Shown: positions 58,685-64,000 of the stretch, piece by piece
Layout of the letters: each line of letters opens with the position of its first letter
Numbering within the stretch: the first letter of the stretch is position 1
Assembly (NCBI GenBank): GCA_041664285.1
Contig: JBAYLA010000002.1
Span: forward strand, 1,349-65,348
DNA length: 64,000 nt
Reading direction: 5' to 3'
Origin: Minisyncoccota bacterium
GTDB lineage: Bacteria > Patescibacteriota > Minisyncoccia > Phycocordibacterales > UBA9973
Notes under the pieces: generated by a model
Seen by the model: only the letters and a program-made list of their open reading frames with translations
Database searches by the model: none
Told to the model about the DNA's origin: nothing
Position numbers and translations under genes: made by a program

Positions 58685-60094
58685 ATGAGTGAATTAAAAG
58701 AAAAGTGTGGAATTGTAGGAATATATGGTAAGAATTTACCTGTCTCAAGGCTCGCCTTTTTTTCTTTATTTGCATTACAACATAGAGGACAAGAAGCATC
58801 CGGTATAACTACTAGTGATGGGAAAAATCTTTATACTCACAAGGGTGCAGGATTAGTGCCTCAAGTTTATACAGAAAAAAACATCGAAGACTTAAAAGGT
58901 TATATAGCTATCGGACATAATAGATACTCAACTTCTGGTGGTGGAGCGTTAGACCATGCTCAACCCATTTTAAATAATAAGATTAATAAAGATGCTACTT
59001 TTGCTTTAGCTCATAATGGAAATTTACCAAGTGTTAAAAAACTTGAAAAGTTTTTAGCTTCTAAAAAAGCCTTACAGAAAAATCGAATGGACTCTGAGCT
59101 CATTACTGATGCAATTGATGTTTATATAAAAGAAGGTAATACAATCGCCAGATCTGTAGAAAAAATTTTTCCACTAATTACCGGAGCCTTTTCATTAGTA
59201 ATGATGGATAAAGATACCTTGGTGGCTATACGAGATACTTATGGAATGCGCCCGCTTTCATTGGGTAGGTTTGGCCATGGTTATGTGGTTGCATCAGAAA
59301 CATGCGCCCTTCAAACCATTGGAGCAACATTTATAAGAGATATTAAGCCAGGGGAAATGGTTGTCATAAATAAAAATGAATTAAAAAGCAAACAATTAGC
59401 GCCATCAAATCCAAAGCACGACATCTTTGAATACGTTTATTTTGCTCGACCAGACAGTGTCCTTTCCGGTAAATTAATTTACGACGTCAGAAAAAACTTT
59501 GGAAAAGCTCTGGCTGATGAATTTAAATTAAAAGTAGATGCTATTGTGCCAGTGCCTGATACTGCCACTCCTGTTGCTTTAGGCTACAGTAAGGCAACAG
59601 GAATTCCAATTGAAATGGCTTTAGTGAAAAATCGCTATGTCCATAGAACTTTCATCGAACCTGACCAGAAATCTCGTCGAAAAAGTGTTGCTCTTAAGCT
59701 CATACCACTTCCTTCTGTTTTAAAAGGTAAAAAAATAGCAGTCATAGATGATTCGATAGTCAGAGGAAATACCTCTAAAAAATTAGTGGAAACACTTTTT
59801 AAATCAGGAGCTAAAGAAGTACATTTTTTGGTTTCTTCTCCACCAATACGTTTTCCAGACTTTTATGGGATGGATACTCCAAATCAAAATGAATTAATTG
59901 CTTCTAATAAAACCATCGAAGAGACTCGTAAATTTCTCGGGGCTACCTCATTAAATTATCTTTCTCTCGGTGGGCTAATAAAATCTGTCGGTCTTCCAAA
60001 GAATCATATATCGACTTCATGTTTTACGGGTATTTATCCTATTGATTTAAAGGAACGTAAAGATGAGGTAAATTACGATGTCCCAAATAAATAA
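58685..60094 (+). CDS. purF: Amidophosphoribosyltransferase
   Basis: EKCGIVG, QHRGQ, HNGNL, YFARPDS, DDSIVRGNT. Confidence 0.98.
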   Translation: MSELKEKCGIVGIYGKNLPVSRLAFFSLFALQHRGQEASGITTSDGKNLYTHKGAGLVPQVYTEKNIEDLKGYIAIGHNRYSTSGGGALDHAQPILNNKINKDATFALAHNGNLPSVKKLEKFLASKKALQKNRMDSELITDAIDVYIKEGNTIARSVEKIFPLITGAFSLVMMDKDTLVAIRDTYGMRPLSLGRFGHGYVVASETCALQTIGATFIRDIKPGEMVVINKNELKSKQLAPSNPKHDIFEYVYFARPDSVLSGKLIYDVRKNFGKALADEFKLKVDAIVPVPDTATPVALGYSKATGIPIEMALVKNRYVHRTFIEPDQKSRRKSVALKLIPLPSVLKGKKIAVIDDSIVRGNTSKKLVETLFKSGAKEVHFLVSSPPIRFPDFYGMDTPNQNELIASNKTIEETRKFLGATSLNYLSLGGLIKSVGLPKNHISTSCFTGIYPIDLKERKDEVNYDVPNK

Positions 60095-60704
60095 AACATC
60101 TAATAATTTAAAATTGGTGGTATTAATTTCTGATACTGGTACGGGTACCAATCTTCAAGCAATAATTGATGGAATTAACGCAGGTAAAATTAAAGCAGAA
60201 ATCTGTACGATAATTTCTGATACTGAAAATGCCCTAGGATTAGAACACGCTAAAAAATACAATATAAAAATTGAAATATGCTTTAAAAAAGAAAATTTAT
60301 TAGCACTTTTACAAAGACTGAACCCCGACTATGTTTGTCTAGCAGGCTGGAAACAAATTATATTAGACGAAGTAATTATCGCTTTTCACAACAAAATTAT
60401 AAATTTACATCCTGGTTTAATTCCAGACACAGTTGATGGAAATGTTAAAAATCCAGATGGAACAATTGCGCTTTGGAACAAAGGCATGTTAACAGATAAG
60501 GCGATTGCTAACTTTTTAGATAAAAAAGTTACCTTTGCCGGTTCCTCAATTCATTTTTTAACTTTAAACTTTGATTTCGGTCCAGTCTTAGGCAGAACTT
60601 TTGAAAAAGTTGAACCCAATGATAATGTTGAATCTCTATACACAAGACTTAAGAAAAAAGAAAACGAATTGTATGTAGAAGTTTTAGAAAAATTATGTAA
60701 ATAA
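60078..60704 (+). CDS. purN: Phosphoribosylglycinamide formyltransferase
   Basis: GTNLQAI, LAGW, NLHP, D.GP; pur context. Confidence 0.9.
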   Translation: MSQINKTSNNLKLVVLISDTGTGTNLQAIIDGINAGKIKAEICTIISDTENALGLEHAKKYNIKIEICFKKENLLALLQRLNPDYVCLAGWKQIILDEVIIAFHNKIINLHPGLIPDTVDGNVKNPDGTIALWNKGMLTDKAIANFLDKKVTFAGSSIHFLTLNFDFGPVLGRTFEKVEPNDNVESLYTRLKKKENELYVEVLEKLCK

Positions 60705-60708
60705 TTAT

Positions 60709-61449
60709 ATGAAAATGTTTGATCGATTTGAAAAAAAAAGTATTTCCTTCGAAAAACCTACTGGTCAAAAGACAGAGGTGTACATTGTAAGTGAAATTCC
60801 TATTGATGGAGGAAGTTTTGGAAAAATTTTTAAGACTGTTATTAGAGTTGGCAATTTAGAAGAGATGTTTATAGTAAAAAAATATCGTAGCAACGGTAGT
60901 ATATGGGGAGAAGAAGGTGCTCAAAATAGTGCTCAAAATGCATTCAAAAACTACTATTTAGCCAAAAAAGCTGGATTAAAGGTATTTCCAACTTTTCGAA
61001 TAGGGGAGGATAAAAAAAGTATATTAATGACAGCTGGTTTTTCTGATGATTCAATATGTATTGGAAGTAATACTAATAAAGGCATTGCTCATTTTGAAAG
61101 ACCACGTATTAAAGAAATTGAAAACTTGGGGAAATTCTTGACTGCTATTTTTACTGAAGGGATAAAAGCAGCTAATAATAATATTTCTTTATATGACGAT
61201 ATCTTTTTCTTTATTATAAGTAAGACTGAACCGACAAAAATAGATTTTGTTCTTGGTGACCTTGATCTTTTAGAAAAATTAGAACCTATAAATGATATAA
61301 GATTAGAAAATATTAAAGTAATAAAAAGCACCTTAACTGAATTTTGTAATAATAATATTGACCCTAGTTTTTCTGATGATTTTTTTAGTAAAGTGGAAAG
61401 CTGTTACGAACAAAACAAGAATGATATAATCAACAGCTATAAAAAATAA
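60709..61449 (+). CDS. Hypothetical protein with protein-kinase-like motifs
   Basis: Gly-rich GGSFGKIF, IVKKY, VLGDLD. Confidence 0.55.
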   Translation: MKMFDRFEKKSISFEKPTGQKTEVYIVSEIPIDGGSFGKIFKTVIRVGNLEEMFIVKKYRSNGSIWGEEGAQNSAQNAFKNYYLAKKAGLKVFPTFRIGEDKKSILMTAGFSDDSICIGSNTNKGIAHFERPRIKEIENLGKFLTAIFTEGIKAANNNISLYDDIFFFIISKTEPTKIDFVLGDLDLLEKLEPINDIRLENIKVIKSTLTEFCNNNIDPSFSDDFFSKVESCYEQNKNDIINSYKK

Positions 61450-61452
61450 TTT

Positions 61453-62190
61453 ATGCAAATAAAAAAGCAGAAAATTAGTTTTTTGAGCAAAAAGCAAAAG
61501 ATCCAAGGAACCCTTGTGATGCCAGTTAAGATGAAAAAAAAGATTCCTGGAGTTATATTTTTCCATGGAATGACAACTAGTGAAAAAAGATATATTTCAA
61601 TTGCTGAAAAATTATCTAAACTAGGTATTTGTGTAATGACTTTTAGCCTCAGGGGTCACGGTAATAGTGAAGGAAGCTTTAATAATCTTAAATTTCCGAA
61701 CGGTGTGCAAGACGGATTAAATGCCTATGATTTTCTAGTAAAACATAGCTTTGTTGATAAAAATAAAATTGGTTTATGTGGCTCAAGCGTCGGAGGTGCA
61801 ATTGTTGCTATAATTTCTAAACAAAGAAAAGTAAAAAGTTTAATTTTAAAAGCACCAGCAATATACACTAAAAAAATGATGGCCATGACTTATGATCATC
61901 TAATGAAGATAGAAAACAGGGTATTTAAAGAGATAAAAAATCCAAGCGACACCCCGGCCATAAAAGCAATTTCCCAGTTTAGGGGGAATTTATTAGTAAT
62001 ACTTTCAGAAAAAGATAATATTATTCCGATTAAAAAACAAGAACAATATTTAATAAATGCAAAAAAAGTATCAAGAAAAAAGAAGGTTATAATAAAAGGT
62101 GCCAACCATAGTCTTTCAAAGAAAAAATGGAAGGAAGAATTTGTTGAAAAAATGACAAAATGGTTTATATTAACACTTTTAAAAGTATGA
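61453..62190 (+). CDS. Alpha/beta hydrolase
   Basis: FFHG, RGHG.S.G, GSSVGG nucleophile elbow, D..I, GANH. Confidence 0.9.
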   Translation: MQIKKQKISFLSKKQKIQGTLVMPVKMKKKIPGVIFFHGMTTSEKRYISIAEKLSKLGICVMTFSLRGHGNSEGSFNNLKFPNGVQDGLNAYDFLVKHSFVDKNKIGLCGSSVGGAIVAIISKQRKVKSLILKAPAIYTKKMMAMTYDHLMKIENRVFKEIKNPSDTPAIKAISQFRGNLLVILSEKDNIIPIKKQEQYLINAKKVSRKKKVIIKGANHSLSKKKWKEEFVEKMTKWFILTLLKV

Positions 62191-63476
62191 ATAATAAGCA
62201 AAAAATTTTAATAATTGGAAGTGGGGGAAGAGAACACGCTATCGGTTGGAAAGTTGCACAATCGCCAAAAGCAGAACAAATTTTCTTTGCGCCAGGAAAT
62301 GGTGGCACTAGTAAAATTGGAACTAATATTGATATAAAAGCCACTAATATTGTGGGACTCTTGGAATTTACAAAAAAAGAAAAGATAGATTTAACTTTGG
62401 CTCTACCAGACGATCCACTTGCCCTTGGCATTGTAGATCAATTTAAGAAAGAAGGTTTGCGAATCTGGGGTCCAAATAAGGCTGCTAGTAAGCTTGAATG
62501 GTCTAAAGCTTTTTCAAAAGACTTTATGCGTCAACATAATTTACCGACGGCTAGATTTGAAATATTTAATGATTATGAAAAAGCAAAAGAATATGTTCTA
62601 AAACAAAATCTCCCTATTGTTGTAAAGGCAAGTGGTTTAGCGCTTGGAAAAGGTGTAATTATTTGCCAAACACTAGAGGAAACAGATGAAGCACTTAAAG
62701 ATATGTTTATTAAAAAAGTTTTTGGAAATTCGGGTAATGAGGTCGTGATAGAAGAATTCATGACTGGGCCAGAAATCTCTATTCATGCATTTTCTGATGG
62801 AAAAAATTATAAAATGTTTCCAAGTTCTCAAGATCATAAGAAAATAGGAGAAAATGATGTTGGATTAAATACTGGTGGAATGGGCACAATTGCTCCGCTA
62901 CCTTTTGTGACAGAAACAGTTTTAAAAAATATTGAAGAAAATATCGTTGCTCCGACCATTGAGGCAATGGTCAAAGAAGATAATCCATTTTTAGGTGTGC
63001 TTTATCCGGGATTAATTCTTACGGAGGACGGTCCTAAAATTCTTGAATACAATGCACGTTTTGGCGACCCAGAAACTCAAACATATATGAGACTTTCAGA
63101 TGGAGATATTATAGATATTTTCAACGCATGTATTGATGGAAACTTAGATAAAATTGAAATAAAGTGGAAAAAAGGATTTGCTTGTACGATAGTACTTGCT
63201 TCAGGTGGTTATCCAGAAAATTATGAAAAAGATAAGGTGATTTCAGGAATTGAGGAGGCAGAAAAGGAATTAGATATCGTTGTTTTCCACGCTGGCACAA
63301 AAGTTGTTGGGGGAAACCTTGTTACTAATGGCGGACGAGTATTAGGAGTTTCAGCGACAGGGGACACTCTACAGGAAGCACTTGCAAAAGCCTATAAAGC
63401 AATAGAAAAAATTTCATTTGAAGGTATGCAATACCGCAGAGACATCGGCCAATCTGCTTTAAAAATCAAAAATTAA
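62187..63476 (+). CDS. purD: Phosphoribosylamine--glycine ligase
   Basis: GSGGREHA, GLALGKGV, QDHK, NTGGMG, EYNARFGDPE; start at MNNK. Confidence 0.98.
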   Translation: MNNKQKILIIGSGGREHAIGWKVAQSPKAEQIFFAPGNGGTSKIGTNIDIKATNIVGLLEFTKKEKIDLTLALPDDPLALGIVDQFKKEGLRIWGPNKAASKLEWSKAFSKDFMRQHNLPTARFEIFNDYEKAKEYVLKQNLPIVVKASGLALGKGVIICQTLEETDEALKDMFIKKVFGNSGNEVVIEEFMTGPEISIHAFSDGKNYKMFPSSQDHKKIGENDVGLNTGGMGTIAPLPFVTETVLKNIEENIVAPTIEAMVKEDNPFLGVLYPGLILTEDGPKILEYNARFGDPETQTYMRLSDGDIIDIFNACIDGNLDKIEIKWKKGFACTIVLASGGYPENYEKDKVISGIEEAEKELDIVVFHAGTKVVGGNLVTNGGRVLGVSATGDTLQEALAKAYKAIEKISFEGMQYRRDIGQSALKIKN

Positions 63477-63477
63477 T

Positions 63478-64000
63478 TTATTTATCCCAATTAAAGAAAT
63501 GTTCTCGGCCTGGGCCCGTACCGACTGAAATAATTTTCACATTCAAGTCAGAAAGTTTACTTTTTATATATTTTAAATAAGAAGAGAGTTCTTTAGAAAC
63601 TTTCTGCTTATTTTTAACACCAAAGTTGGCATTGCCCCAACCTGGCATTTCTTCTGTTTGTACATCCGTTACGTGATTTAAATAAAGTGGAAATTCTTTT
63701 AGAATTTTTCCTTTTTGCTTATATCCAGTAACTACTTTTATCTTATCACTCAAACAAATGTCAGATTTGTTGATGAAAATTTTATTCGCCCCAGATAATG
63801 CAATAGCATAACGAAGTGCAAATAAATCAAGCCATCCACACATTCTAGGTCTTCCTGTGGTTGCTCCAAATTCATTCCCAGCCTTTTGGAAAAGTTTTTC
63901 TAAAGCTTCATCTTTAATTCTAGCTGGGAAATTTCCACCTCCAACTTTGGTGGTATAAGCCTTAAGAACACCATAAATATTCCGCAAGTAAGTATGTGAG
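63478..64000 (-). CDS. purA: Adenylosuccinate synthetase, C-terminal part (truncated by window)
   Basis: KAYTTKVG.G.FP, EFGATTGRPR.CGWLD, SVGTGP. Confidence 0.95.
   Translation of the reverse strand, partial: SHTYLRNIYGVLKAYTTKVGGGNFPARIKDEALEKLFQKAGNEFGATTGRPRMCGWLDLFALRYAIALSGANKIFINKSDICLSDKIKVVTGYKQKGKILKEFPLYLNHVTDVQTEEMPGWGNANFGVKNKQKVSKELSSYLKYIKSKLSDLNVKIISVGTGPGREHFFNWDK

Overview
Low-GC (AT-rich, code 11) bacterial chromosome segment whose gene set and style fit a Patescibacteria/CPR (Parcubacteria-like) genome; the taxonomy is inferred. Housekeeping content: end of the F1Fo ATP synthase operon (atpA partial, atpG, atpD, atpC), argC, rsmI, a degenerate priA, mreB, holB-like, frr, rseP, a tandem-duplicated ddl with alr, rpmG, miaA, murA, parB, rel, topA, dprA, serS, dus, dnaX, Pit with DUF47, yvcK/glmS, acs and a de novo purine cluster (purL, purQ, purF, purN, purD, purA partial). 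Three tRNAs are present: Trp-CCA, Leu-CAA and Gln-TTG. The most unusual structure lies downstream of tRNA-Gln: unrelated, co-oriented single genes separated by repeats ending in CCAGCCA(GCA), which mimic the tRNA 3' end. Two of these repeats are a ~95-bp promoter-plus-multi-hairpin unit, and no integrase is present in the window. tRNA-Trp has a similar 3'-end duplication. Several families of short palindromic elements occur both between genes and in-frame inside core proteins (AtpA, AtpG, AtpD, HolB, Ddl, MiaA, PurL, PurQ). Many genes have a -10 box about 6 nt before ATG, consistent with leaderless mRNAs. All calls come from reading the sequence and recalled family motifs; no database searches were run.
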